Position numbers and translations under genes: made by a program. 64,000 bases of DNA from NCBI GenBank assembly GCA_002189035.1, contig NEEC01000014.1, forward strand, positions 1,612,001-1,676,000. Direction: 5' to 3'. Numbering within the stretch: position 1 is the stretch's first letter; the number at the start of each line of letters is the position of its first letter. The notes below the pieces were generated by a model. That model saw only the letters and a list, made by a program, of their open reading frames with translations. It did no database searches and had not been told where the DNA came from. This DNA comes from Utricularia gibba. Its lineage: Eukaryota; Plantae; Magnoliophyta. Below, piece after piece: positions 24,791 through 37,698 of this stretch.

Positions 24791-27281
24791 ATGCCTCATT
24801 ACTCAGAGGCCCACATATGCCAATGCTTGAATGGCCTCGCAACCGCCCACCACCAGCGTAATGTTACTGTAAGTGGACGCCACCAGAAAAGCGGTATTGA
24901 ATTTGTACAAGGAGTAATAGCAAGAGGTCGTTGGCTTACTCAACTAGGCATCAAGCCTGGGGACACTGTCTCCATCTCTGCTCTAAATAGGTCTGCTGAT
25001 CTCTAACTCTCATGTTTTCATTAGTGTGAACATAATGAAAAAAGTTGTACTTTTTTTTTTGTAACTGATCGACCATTGCTAATAGTATTGAAATCTTGTG
25101 GACTTGATTGCTGCTGCAGTGATCTGTATCTAGAATGGATGCTTGCTATAACTTATGTTGGAGGAATTGCTGCCCCGCTTAATTACCGATGGGTATGTAG
25201 CTCTGTAATCTTCTGGCATTAGAAATTCTTTTTAAAATAGCTGAAAGTGATCGGCCAAGTCATCTTCCAGAGCTTGGAGGAAGCAAAATCAGCTATGGAA
25301 ATTGCACGGCCAGTATTGTTGTTGACTGATGCAAGCCAGGGTTACTGGCATTCAAGGTTCACGATTGATCCTGAATCATCTCTCTGTTGGCATGTTCTCA
25401 TGGATACTCCTGTTGATTCAAATGAAACCAGGATATGTAAGTTTTTTCATTTTCAAATCCAGATAATATCACACATGCCAAGCCTTCATGTCCTTTCTAG
25501 ATAAAGATGCTTGTTTACAATTTTGCAGTTTCTGACAGTTCTTTGTTCGACACACAAAGCCTAAGCATTCCTCAAGAAGACTACCGCTGGGCACCTCAAG
25601 GAGTTGCAATCATATGCTTCACATCAGGTATCAATTCATTTCTGTTCTATGGACTCTTTCCTTCATCACTTTGGGCTGTAGGAGGAGCTTCTGTGGAACT
25701 TCTGATTGTCAGGCACCACGGGAACCCCTAAGGGAGTTGCTATAAGCCACTCAGCTTTGGTTTTGCAATCTCTGGCAAAAGTTGCCATGGTTGGCTACAA
25801 TGAGAATGATGTATGCATCTCTTCTGTGAGATTTTTACTCTTGTCGAAACCTCGAATTTCATGAACTTCCTGCATAAAGGTTTATAACCAATTCAGATCT
25901 ACCTACACACGGTTCCATTGTGCCACATTGGGGGGATATCATCAGCCTTGGCCATGTTAATGGTGGGAGGTTGTCATGTTTTCATTGCAAAGTTCGATGC
26001 TAAGTTGGCAGGTGCAGCAATTCAGGATCACAAGGTGTCTACTCTGATCACCGTGCCCACGATCATGGTTGATCTAATCACTTTTTATAGGTAAACTATT
26101 GTGCATTTCATTACTACAGGAAAACAAAAAAAAAAACTACATTTGAGGTCATTTGAATCTCCATTCATAGGACAAAAACAAGTCAAGTGGCATTTGAGAG
26201 TGTGAAGAAGGTTCTAAATGGTGGTGGTGGTCTGACAAATGAGATAATCGAGGATGCAACCCAACTTTTCCCCAGAGCCACAATATTGTCAGCTTATGGT
26301 TCTTCCTGCGTTTTCCCTTTTTGTTTTCCATTACTTCCCATGCTCTATTATCTTGAATGCAATGTTTCCTATTACTCAGGGATGACAGAGGCATGCTCCT
26401 CTCTAACCTTCTTGACTCTTCACGATCCCACAAAAGGGCCCCGGTTGTCTAAAGAAGGTTCAACTAACTCGGAGGGAAGAGGAGTCTGCGTAGGGAAGCC
26501 TGCGCCCCATGTGGAAATGAAAGTGGGTGCCGGTGAATCTGGATGCACTGGAAGAATACTCATGAGAGGTCCTCACGCAATGCTGGGCTACTGGGATCCT
26601 CAGAGTCCATCGAAGATTCTAGAATCTGGTAACCGAGGATGGATCGAAACTGGAGATGTAGGACACATAGATGAGACTGGGAATCTCTGGCTCGTTGGGC
26701 GTGCAGGAGGCAGAATCAAGAGTGGGGGAGAGAACGTCTACCCTGAAGAGGTTCGAGCTGAGTTACCTACCTATGCTGCATTCATCAGCATCCAGCAGTC
26801 ACACACATTCAATGAAACTTCTCGTTTTCCGGTAGCAGGTTGAGGCCGTTATATCCCGGCACCCCGGAATCTCGAGCACCGTCGTGATAGGACTTCCGGA
26901 TCCTCGTCTGGTAGAGATGGTGGTGGCCTGTGTGAGGCTGAAAGCTGGCTGGCGATGGGCTGATCATGCTAGCAGCGTGAGCCGCTCAGCCGAAGATGAG
27001 GATCAGTTGCAGTACTTGTGTAGTGACAGCCTCACAATTTTCTGCCGGAAGAAACATCTGACAGGGTACTAGGAATCTCCCCACATCTTCTTCTTCTCCT
27101 ACTGCATGCTCCTGATTCAAGGCTGGATGTGTTGTGTACTCGCAGGTTCAAGATTCCCAGAAGATTCATCTTGTGGGCTACAGCATTTCCCATGACATCA
27201 ACAGGGAAAGTTCGAAGGGATCACATCAGAGCGCAGATCATCTCGGCTTCAAATTTCAATACTTATACCAGCAGACTGTAA
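24791..27281 (+). CDS. AAE14: o-Succinylbenzoate-CoA ligase (phylloquinone biosynthesis), peroxisomal, multi-exon
   Basis: Motifs include MPHYSEAHICQCL, APLNYRW, ICFTSGTTGTPKG, YLHTVPLCHIGG, SAYGMTEACSSLTF, CVGKPAPHVE, WIETGDVG, GRIKSGGENVYPEEV and FKIPRRF...TGKVRR. The protein ends in the PTS1 tripeptide SRL* (stop 27279-27281). Confidence 0.93.
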
Positions 27282-27607
27282 TCCCCTGCCCTTATTTCAA
27301 TTCAACACAGGCCATCATGTTCATGTCCCTATACCTCAAAAGGGGAATCTGCTTTCATTCATGCATGCAGTCTTATATTTCAACGGTGGATTCTGGGAAA
27401 CGCCATGAAAGGAAAGATGACTAAATGCTGCTGCTTTTGGGAAAGTAACGAGTCTTTTTGACAATTGAATTTATTGAATTCTGCACCGCACGGATTCCTC
27501 GTTCCAACATTAACTCCACAATCGACAGCAGGGACGATGAAATGAAAACTCCAACGCGTGATTTATAAATAGGCGAAGCAGAAGCAGTCAGTCATTGGGT
27601 TTGCAGA

Positions 27608-27928
27608 ATGGATCGCAGGTTCATCATCGCCTCGGCTCTGGTTCTCATGCTTCTCTTCCTGGTAGCCCATGCTTCTCGCCCCGATCCTTCTTCCCCCTTC
27701 AAGGTTGGTTGTGCGTTCAGAAATATCAGTTCTTAGATGACATCACGCATATTTGTTCACATGGGTTTTGGTGAATCCCATCGACAGGATAATGAGGGAG
27801 TCGGCGGCGGTGAGAGTGGAGCGTCTTACGGATCGCCGGGCGGGTCGTCGGCGTTGGCTGCGGAGGCGTTTGATGCCCATCTCGACTACATTTACACTCA
27901 GCAGCAGGATCCTCGAATCCACCATTGA
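27608..27928 (+). CDS. PSK: Phytosulfokine precursor (2 exons: 27608-27703, 27788-27928)
   Basis: The signal peptide MDRRFIIASALVLMLLFLVAHASRP is joined across a phase-0 GT-AG intron to ...AHLDYIYTQQQDPRIHH*, which contains the D-YIYTQ signature. Confidence 0.88.
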
Positions 27929-29433
27929 CAACCTCACCATGCCATGCCCATTTCCAATCTACTAACGAATAAAAATCGCTCCCTATGATTACTGCATTTT
28001 CTTCCCCTTCTTCCAGTGATCAAATCGAAATTCTACAGAACTGGTCGAATATCGAAATTTTCGCACTCTCAATGAACTGCTTTCATTTCAAAATTTTAGG
28101 TTTTTGAATTAAATCCAAATTTGCATAAAGACATGAAGAAGTGTATGGGCCGGCGACATAATAGCTCAAAAGTTATGGGCCTGTAAGAAAGGATTGATAG
28201 CTAAGGCCCATTTAAAATGGGCCATCGAACAAGGCAGCCATTGATGTTCCTTGGCGAGCACTAGGAAAATACAAGGAATGGGATGACCGTTTTACTGCCT
28301 CGACTGAAGTGGAGGTGAGCAGAGCAGGACAAAGCGTTTGTCGGGCGGTGAATGAAAAGGCAATTGGGTGTTGAAAGAGTTTCAAAGGGCGGAGGATTTT
28401 AACTATGAAGAGTAAGTAGTACACTACACCATAGCTGGGAGCCCTTGTCGTCTTTCCGAGGTCACAGGCTTCCAGTTCAAGGACTTGTTTGGATAAATTT
28501 ACCGTCACCCCCAACCCAACAAAGTTGAATGGTGGGTAGATTGTTTCCTGAGGAGTTTCATACATTTTTTTTAATATGAAACAGTCATCGTTTATTTGGA
28601 TCCTCTAATACACACCTGTCAGTCAAGTCTAATACAGTATGGTCTAGTTCACTTCTGGATTCATGTTAGATTTACACAAATATTTCAAATGTGAAGCATT
28701 CATTTTGTAAATCATTTTCGATGCTTCATGAGATATCAAGTATGATACAGTAAACTAACAGGATCACACGATTATATGTGAAATATGTATACTACTTTGC
28801 TTCGATTATATGTTGTATATATATATATACTACTTTTCTTTTTCTTATTTTAATAGGTGTCATTTGTGTGAGCCCCTTGGACTTTTGTAGGAACAGCAAA
28901 AATGGAGTTTTGGTTTGGGACAGACTGCGTTGCCAGATTTGTTTATTATGCATCTTGATGGATCCACCTCAGCTACTCGCAAGAGAAATCATGGCTTTAT
29001 TCCTCTCTTCTCATTATTCTTCTGTTCATTTATGGCTCATAACAGTGCCTTCAACTCCATAAAGGGGTCTTGCTGTTACTCCCCCGAAATTAGTTGGCAC
29101 TTTTCCAGAGGTGTAGCACTGAATTTGAAGATGATTGATTCAGTCATCAACCTCTGTGTGTGTGTGTGTGTTGCTCCCTGCTCAGTAGTCACAAGTTAGG
29201 CACATTCATTCTGAAACATTTGCTTTTCAATTGTTTATTTTTCTCTCCAACCTCATGATGTTCCCTTCTGTATGGACAGGAGATAGGTAAAACAGTAAGT
29301 AACCAGCTATCGATTAAAGAAACGCATACAATGATTTCCTAGACCCAAACTTGATTATTTCTTTATCTTTGCTGCTGAACTGAATATGATAATGTAATGC
29401 TGCCACTTCTCAGTTTCCCTCACTGGCTTTTGT

Positions 29434-30172
29434 TCATTCCCAGAAAAGCTCCTGCTGGAAGAGAGAAAACTCGGGATTTCCGTTGGAAAAATAAGCAAAA
29501 TGTGGTTGTACAGAATTTGGACTGACCTGATTTCCCTTTAGAAGGCTTTGAAAAACCAAAATGCTTCCTTGATGAGGATGATGTTTCAGCCTAAACAGTA
29601 AACTAGATGATTTTAGGGGAATTCTTAGAACCATCGATTACCTCTGCAAACTTGTGCAAGTACCTTAAAATATGCAGCAGAAAAGACACTTTCTTGTGCA
29701 TCAGGAGTTGATTCATTCTGAAAGTGCAATTGAGCGTTAAAGATGCATTCATTTTCAAAAAAAAGGAAAAGGCTATCTTTTTTCTTATGCTTCATCAAAC
29801 CTGTGGGGATACAGGGGAGCTAGCAGTGTCCTCCAGGCACGGGTTCTGTTGCTTCCTTGAAAGAGGCTCCTTGGGATTACTCTTCTGGTTGCTTTTCTTC
29901 GCTTCTTCGGTAACTGCAGATAAATGGCGATATCCATGAGCTTTGCTGTCGTACTCCTCCAAATTTGGAGGCCCTGAGGATGCATCAGAAACCATGGACA
30001 AATCTTCTTCTTCTTCCTCTTCTCCATCTTCATGCTCCTCATTCTTATACACATCTTTTGCATCACAGGTGGTAACACAAGTTCTGCTCCAAGCACTATA
30101 AGAAAGCTGATCGAAATAGCTTGTCCAACCGGATTCGCATCTGCTGCTACAGCCAGAAGAAATGTCATCCAT
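29434..30172 (-). CDS. SOB FIVE-LIKE (SOFL) family protein; 3' exons uncertain
   Basis: MDDISSGCSSRCESGWTSY (SOFL-A), DLSMVSDASSGPP (SOFL-B) and LEDTASSP are present. Splice donor at about 29797. Confidence 0.75.
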
Positions 30173-33079
30173 GCTCTTGCAAATTTCAGAGAGAGCTGAT
30201 GAATGAATTCTTCTGAGTGAGTAGTGTTTTTTCAAAAGCCTAGAAGGACAAGCTGGTTGTCATCTGGGGAAGTTTAGTTTGCCTCTGAATGTGTCTATTT
30301 GTAGGAGATGAAGTAAGGTGGGCATAACAAACAAATTAAATCACAGTCACTATCATATTTTTATAATCTGATTCAAGAATAATCAATTGAATAAAATTTC
30401 CAAGTCAATGTGGAGAGGGGATTCGTTATTGATAACTGTAAGTTTTAACATTTCACTGATAAGCCGTACTGCCCATGTGCCCCTGAGTACCCATGGATCT
30501 ATATATGTGCTTGAGCATCAAAGCATCTCTGTAGACCTGTCAAACTTTTTGTAGTTGTTGTAGCCTTTCTTGGGCTCACATGGCTTCATTGAGCGAAAGC
30601 AGAACAATTGTTCATCCTTTTATTTTTATCTTACTGCTGGGTAGTAAATTGATAAACCGCAGATGCTTAGCAGAAATGCAAAGCTGCCTTGAGTTACAGA
30701 ATCCAAGATCTGAAGGCCATCTATATATTTTTCTATTAGGGAAAAAAAAGCAGTTCAACACTCAAAACAAAAATTTTCCCATGAAAAACACCAAGGGGAA
30801 AAAAATGAAAGACCCTGTGGCCCATTGTGAGCAAGATGTGCAGAAGCCAGCTGAGGGGGGTAAGTGACTGTAGTACACTACATGTTGGTATAGGCCCATC
30901 ATGTGCTTCTCACATCAAGATGCCCATCCCAATGCAAAACAACATCATCAGTTCCCATTGCAGATCACTCTTTTGAAAGTTGATCAATTCAGTAAAGAAA
31001 AAAAAACATTTGCTTTGTGCCTTTTAGCAGCATATGCTTCCCAGTTTCAGTTAGTTCCCTGCCTAGTAGCAGGGGGTTGTGATTGAGGTATCTTTTAGCA
31101 TTTGTTGCCAAGGCAAAGACAATATCTGTCACTGAGCTAGCCACCTATCAAACTATCACAGACATTAATATTCTTGATACCTGTGGTCCAATGCTGTACT
31201 TTTTTCTTCCATCTGCACATGCTGCTTCCTTGCGCACTCTGTCTCTCCCTCTCTCTAAGTTCATAGTTCATCATTTGTCAATTTTTGTGCCCTTTTGCTG
31301 TGTCATAAAAACCAGATCAAAATAATTACTTTTAAAAGAAAGCAGCTTTCAGCATCGACATCTCCAGGCTATTGCAAATGATTGGGGGTTGGTGTTTTTT
31401 GCAAAGGAATCATGTGTTCTCACTGGGTAAATGCCAAAGAAACACAATCATTGGATCCTGATGCTCCCCGAAAACCCAAATCACATCAGCATCATACCCA
31501 CCATACATACATGCATGTGCACAGACATACAACCAGAACCAACTAATCTACCAGTAAGAATTCAGCAGAACAAGACTAGGACTTTCAGACAGCATCATCA
31601 TCACCCTGTTGTTCATCAACTGTAAACTGCTGGAGAAAAAACAACTGGTTCGCATATGAACGCTCTGATTCGGTCAAGGTGACGAGATTTCTTGGGACAG
31701 ACAGGATAAGGGAGAGGCGCTCGATCCAACACGGGGACCCCACGTAGCAACCAATGCACGAATTCAATGATAAGCCTGGACCATTGAAATAAATCTAATT
31801 GTGTGTCATGGAAGATGATGCAGGAAAATTAATTATTTTCCAAATTCTTTGTAATGTAATAATGGAAATGGCACACGTCTCGTCCTAACTGGACTGGAGA
31901 CGTGGTTGCTGGAGGGGCTGGAGAAGAAGATCACCGTCGCATAAATTAGTTACATGGCGCACGTCTGGGTTGTCTGTGGCTCGACCGAGTCCGCCGAACG
32001 CGGGCAACTGGGAGGGCATTCACTGCACTGCTCATGCATTTATTTTTTATTATATTAAAAAAAAACACAGCATCTTTTGTGTATTGGAACATTCTTACAT
32101 AAAAAAAATAATATTTGAATTGATATTTGTCTCATATAAAATTCATGAAAATATGACACCATGCTCCAAATTTTAAAATTATCCACCTTCGTTGTACGGA
32201 CTTCAGCAACTTAAGAAATAGTTCTTCATTCTACAACGATAAATTATATCTATCTACCAAACACAATTTAGACTAATATTATAAAAATATTTTTTCGAAC
32301 TCAAGGATACGAAATTCTTCTCAATCCATCAGTTGCAAGCTCCCGATTGTACCTCGTGAAGCAATTAACTGAATAAAAACTTAATTTTTTCAATTGATAA
32401 TGATTCTGTATTCCATAAAAAAAAAATTCTTATTTGCATTCATAATCAGCGACCCGAGGTCTGAGTTGGGCCAGGCAATCATGTGTGTCCAGTGAATTGC
32501 TGCTGTTGGGCTTAGTCATGGTCTAATTGAGCGTTTGGATGATAATATTTTGAGTGTGTTTTGGACCCAATTTCAGGCCTGGTTGCATAAAAATACATCA
32601 CATACGTGGAGAAAAACTATTGGAGTGGATAAAGTTGACTGAAAACTACAAAAGCAGGATTGAAACTGGGGAAAGAAATTCCCTCTTCTTCACCAAACTA
32701 GTCACGGAATTCATAAATTATGAACATGAAATAACAGAGCAGAGGGTGCCCAGCCCATAAAACACTGCTAGAAATGCATGCAAAAACCCCATGAAGATAT
32801 ATTGTCTGGTTTAGTTGGGTTTCGGCAAAAGCAATGATGCAGGAATAAAAACAGAGCTCTCAGGAAGGCTAACCAGATTTATTGTCGGGTTTAGTTGGGT
32901 TTCAAGGAATCCTTCTGCATGTGTGGTATGGTGTGCTAATGCTGGGTGGGATGATCGTATGCTTTCTCATCTTCTCCGTTGCTGTCCACCTCCTCCTACC
33001 AAGAAACAAGAAAAAGAATAAAAAAAAGACAGCAGCAGATCCAAAAGCCTCCGAATTCGTGACACCCGATAGGTGTATC

Positions 33080-33113
33080 CATGCATGCACACCCACCCAC
33101 CTGTGACACGCGT
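33080..33113. promoter_or_regulatory. RY repeat (CATGCATG) and CE3 coupling element (ACGCGTGTC on the minus strand) upstream of the AITR-like gene
   Basis: Exact motifs lie at about 33080-33087 and 33105-33113, roughly 460-490 nt upstream of the ATG. This fits the ABA inducibility known for the family. Confidence 0.45.
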
Positions 33114-33527
33114 CCCCATCTACCTACTGATTGGTCGATGGGCCACCGCCATTCCGACATCGAAGTACGTCCCTGGGCGATACATAGCTCCAGATCAGAG
33201 GTGGACTGCTCTGGTCCATCTGGCATGCACCACCACCGCTTGACGATCTGAGATGATTAGTACCTGTAGCACAAATGGAACAATGAAGAGGCTGATTAGT
33301 AGCTGCAGGGGAGTTAAGATGGGTGGGTTTTTATTGGGTAGGAACAGGAAGGGAGTCGGAGTGGAGCGGGATGCATGCAGAAGAGCTTGATAAAACACAT
33401 GTCCCCAGCCTGAAACACGTACTCACCAAGTGTCGTACCATCCCTCTCCTCCTGCCACCATCCCATTGGCCCTTCTCTTTTCTTAATAACAACTCGCACT
33501 CCACTTCTCCACCAACCTTCATCTCCT

Positions 33528-33550
33528 TTCTTCTTCTTCTTCTTCTTCTT
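33528..33550 (+). repeat. (TTC)n microsatellite in the 5' UTR
   Basis: About 7 perfect TTC units. Confidence 0.9.
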
Positions 33551-33572
33551 TCATTTGATTTGGTGATAGGAG

Positions 33573-34458
33573 ATGATTCAGACGGTTAACCCACGAACTG
33601 CGGCCGAGATCATGTCTCGGTACCGCCCAATCGCCCCAAGCCGGAGCAGCCGCCGGCGCCGGGAGGGGAGGCTGATGGGGGATCACATGCAAATCTCCCT
33701 ATCTGCGGAACGTGTGGCCGCATCTTCAGGCTCGCCCCACCCGGACACGGAAGAGGACGCGCACCGCCGCATTCTCCTCTGCCAAGAGACACCAGAATCA
33801 TAGGGCGGCGAATGAGAATGGGACTTGCAGTGGGAATGCGATCTCTCTTGTTCCTTTCCTGTTAGACGACTCCTGTAAGGTTGCTGTTGCTCCTGCCACT
33901 GAGGAATTGGATTTCCTAGAGCTGCTACAGAAGCCCCTGAAGCAGCCTGTCCCCATCTCACCTCGCCCGGTTCGGCCGGTTGGCTCAACCATCATCATCG
34001 CCAACATCGTCTCCGAGGGCCATCTCCTCGCCCTGACGATGGAAAAGGAAGCAATCCACGAGGTGGAGGCCATGGTGGAGGCAGAGCATGTACCTGCAAT
34101 CATATCCGATGCAAACAACAAGGTAAGAATGGTGAATTCAGCCTACAGGGAGATGATTGGCCAGCCAGAATGCGGGTGGCTCGACTGCGCCTCCATGGTC
34201 CCTGGCGACACATGCAGCAGCAGGAGAAGGATCGGTGGTGGGGTTTCTCTTCGTTTTACGGATTCCCAACATTTGCACATTGCGGGTATGCATGGATTTC
34301 GCTGTCAGGTGAAGATCGAGTGGGAGGAGAGTAATGGGAAGAAGACGAAGAAGAGCGTCGCAGCTTCTTGCACGGCTGATAGAATAGACTGTCGGGCAAA
34401 GAGTTACCACTTCTTGTGGAGGTTTCAGATCATGCACACGCCGGATTCAGACAACTAA
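33573..34458 (+). CDS. ABA-induced transcription repressor (AITR/DIG-like), intronless, with two apparent -1 frameshifts
   Basis: The pieces MIQTVNPRTAAEIMSRYRPIAP, KPEQPP, KSPYLRNVWPHLQARPTRTRKR, PAIISDANNKVRMVNSAYREMIGQPECGWLD and DYHFLWRF-like C-terminus (SYHFLWRF) lie in three frames. The shifts map to C4 (33634-33637) and a G run (about 33677-33681). Confidence 0.82.
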
Positions 34459-35409
34459 AGGCTCCTCATGAACTGCAGAATCATCAATTCTAGCGTTAGT
34501 ACTAGCAAGATTAGAGAATATACGATATGAAATCTTTATACTATGAACAGACAGAAATGTGTGTAGCTAGACTGTGTCCTCCCAGGTGTAGCAGCTATGT
34601 AACTTGGTCTGCTCTGCAGTTAGTAGATAGAATCGAAAACTGACGTTGGTCATGATGACTAAACACTTTAGCCCCAGATAAACTAAAACAACACTAATTC
34701 TGTGCACCATGGTACTGCTTCTAGTCTCAGTCTGATAGGAGGGCACATTACCCAGCAGCCCAAACATGACATCAAAACTCATCCACTAATCCAGCAACAT
34801 ATCCTCTCAGAGGAACAGTCTCTCAGAATAGAGTGTTAGCGTTCACAGTAGCTGAACTACAAGTCTAGCATGCGCATTCCTAAAGAAAGTCCTCTTATCT
34901 ACCACATCAGCATACGCCACATTTATCACTCGATACCCACACTTCATCAAACAATTATTAAACACATCAAACCATCATAATATTTAAAGCAGCAGTTCGG
35001 CATAAAGGGTTTATGATCATTAAAATTTAAGAATGTCGATTTAAACATGATGAAGAGATATAAATAAACAAGTGTCGCAGCCGGGATGAACAAAAAACTG
35101 ATGCAAACTCCAGAGGGGCATCCAATCCATGAAAAAACTTCATCATTCGGCATCCTCATCACTCACATGACAGCAGTTTCCCAAGTGGAACTAAAAATTA
35201 CTTCAATGCGAGAGAACGCAAGATGCGGAATGCAACCTTGAAGCGTTTCCTGCTTGCTTCACTTCTATAATTGTCCTCGGTGGACACTGATTCTATCTTT
35301 TAATACCTCGCTCTCGGCCTCTGCATTTTCTAAAGAATCCATCTTTTTTTCCCAGGATAAACACAGAATCAGACCTCATCCCTGACTCTTGCTGCATCAG
35401 TTGTAATCT

Positions 35410-36010
35410 TTACTTCCAGACGGCGTCTTTTCCGGAACGCCGTCGCTTCCACTCGGCACCAACGCCATTAACCTCGATGACCTTATCACTCGACTCGTCT
35501 CCGATCTCGATTCCGATGAGATCGATGTACAGAAGCAGGCCGCCATGCAGATACATCACCTCTCCAAGAATACGTCTGAAAGTCGAATCATTATCGCCAA
35601 CTCCGGGGAAAATAAGCCCTATTTTCTGTCATTTCGTATAATGATGGGCTAGGCGTTCAAACTCCTAATCCCTTCGGCACCTCAATAACTCGCGAAAACG
35701 CCGCCTGCGAGCTCCTCCACATATCCCAAATCGCGAGATCGATCCAGAGCGGCCCGCCGGTGGTGAATCTCCTTGAGTGCGGGAGCATTCGCGGCAAGAA
35801 AGTTGCGCGAACCGCTGTCCACTCAAAGTAGGAGAACAATGCGAAGGCATTGAAAGATGCCCCAATTCTCTCAGCATTCAGCGGCGAATCGCAGAATGGC
35901 GAATAACACCTCCGCTCGTGGCTCTCCCCCGGGCCGGGCTGCACCACCCGACCCAAATTGCAAGGGCCTCGCATCAAACAGCTTCTCCTATCCTCTACAT
36001 CATGTTCCCG
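35410..36010 (+). pseudogene. ARM-repeat (PUB4-like, U-box-less type) pseudogene
   Basis: Fragments SRRRLF, DDLITRLVSDLDSDEIDVQKQAAMQIHHLSKN, RENAACELLHISQ, VVNLLECGSIRGKK and PPLVAL are in the correct order but separated by large deletions, frameshifts and stops. Confidence 0.8.
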
Positions 36011-37200
36011 CTCCTTACCCTGCACCATCATTCACGCGTATACATTTGGAATAATTCAATTCCGAGGCTGTCACGTTATAATAGTTGTTGGGACGTGTCG
36101 TCACCTACTTACACAAATACTTTAAGACTCAAGAGTTGCATCACGTAACTAGTAAAATTATGAACCAAAGCCATAGTCACCATATAGATAAGATTCGAAT
36201 ATTCTAGAAATGATTCCACTTGGTTTTTTTTTCTGAATGATGATGATGTTTGAACTCAAATGAAGCAGGAGAGAAAAATGACCCTTTTCTCGGATATTTT
36301 GTTAAAGTACGCACTGTATTAATATCTCTCATATACTAAAGCTATTTTTTTCAATACAGGATGAGTGCTTTTATTACATAGTTAAATTACAGTGGTTATT
36401 TTTCAAATTAAATCTAATTTTCTCATATTCACACATAATAAAATAAAACAAATGAATATACAAATTAATTGATTTTATTTCTTAAATAATAAAATAATAA
36501 TCCGTACAGTCGCCGCCATCAAGTGTATTAACTCACGCAGAGGCGTGTGTCTCCCGGCACGAAGCTTCTGAGAAGTTTGGCGGGGCAGCCTCTAGAAACA
36601 ATTCAGACCCGGGGGCCTGATCCCGTCAACTGACCATAGCAGCCGTGCTGACAGGCCACATGTATTATTAATGATAATACACTCCCATGGCTCCTAACAA
36701 ACGGACAACGAGTTTCGAGAAATTTACAGTATGATGCTGTCTGTGATTTTCTGGTGTTGCACTTTTACTTGGAAATAAAAAGGTAATAATCTGGTATTCA
36801 TGCCTTGGGGAAGAGATATTGTGTAATTGCGTCGCCAGGAAGGATGACTGAGTGCGCCGCGTGGTTAGAGGCGACCCGTCCTTGACTTGGACCAATTCGG
36901 GTCGCCCTCACAGTATTACTTGGCCCGCAAATAATTTTCCAAAAATAAAATAGAATTGGGCAAACCCGAATAATTTTCTTTTTTAAAAAAGAAAAATGTT
37001 ATTTAAATAAATTTAAAATATTTTATAAAAATAAAATAGTGGATAAACTTGATCGTTAATAAAGACTTGCTACTCACTGTATTTGCCATGCACCTTCGTC
37101 CTAATTTCTATCCACTAGACTCAAAACCACCATTCTTGTATGTATAAAAAGCATCCTCCACTCATTTCACACCTCAACACTTTGTGTACCTCATTCAAGA

Positions 37201-37698
37201 ATGGCACTTGAAGCTCTGAGCTCGCCAACCTCTGCCGCGCCGCCGCCGCCGCTTTCTTCGGGGAGGAGGAGCAAGCGCCAGCGGAGTGACGAAGCCACGG
37301 AGGAGGAGTACTTGGCTCTCTGCTTGATCATGCTGGCATCCTCCTCCCCCAACATCCCACCCTGTAAACTGCCTCTGTCTTCAGGGGAGGCGATGCTTTA
37401 CAAGTGCTCTGTTTGTAGCAAGTCCTTCTCTTCGTACCAGGCCTTGGGAGGGCATAAAACCAGTCACCGGAGGATCACCACCGAGGACAAAATCTCGGGG
37501 ACGACAGTCATCAAGACCCACCAGTGCTCTGTCTGCCACAAGAGCTTCCCGACTGGACAAGCACTCGGAGGTCACAAGCGCTGCCACTATGACGGCGGCG
37601 CGTGCGCGGTGGGGCCACACCGCCAATTTGACTTGAATCTCCCAGCGTTGCCGGAAGATCCACCGGAAAGCCCACCCACAGCCAAGAACTTATTTTGA
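37201..37698 (+). CDS. C2H2 zinc-finger repressor, ZAT10/STZ/AZF-like, intronless
   Basis: MALEAL, the L-box [13 protein letters not shown], two QALGGH fingers and the EAR motif FDLNLP are present. Confidence 0.92.
   Translation: MALEALSSPTSAAPPPPLSSGRRSKRQRSDEATEEEYLALCLIMLASSSPNIPPCKLPLSSGEAMLYKCSVCSKSFSSYQALGGHKTSHRRITTEDKISGTTVIKTHQCSVCHKSFPTGQALGGHKRCHYDGGACAVGPHRQFDLNLPALPEDPPESPPTAKNLF

Noticed and set aside
13187-27928. EPFL2-like peptide, RLK7-like receptor and PSK peptide lie within 15 kb, suggesting a ligand-receptor cluster
   Set aside because: Their known partners differ (ERECTA family, PIP/TOLS2-type peptides, PSKR) and unrelated genes are interspersed. Proximity is explained by gene density.
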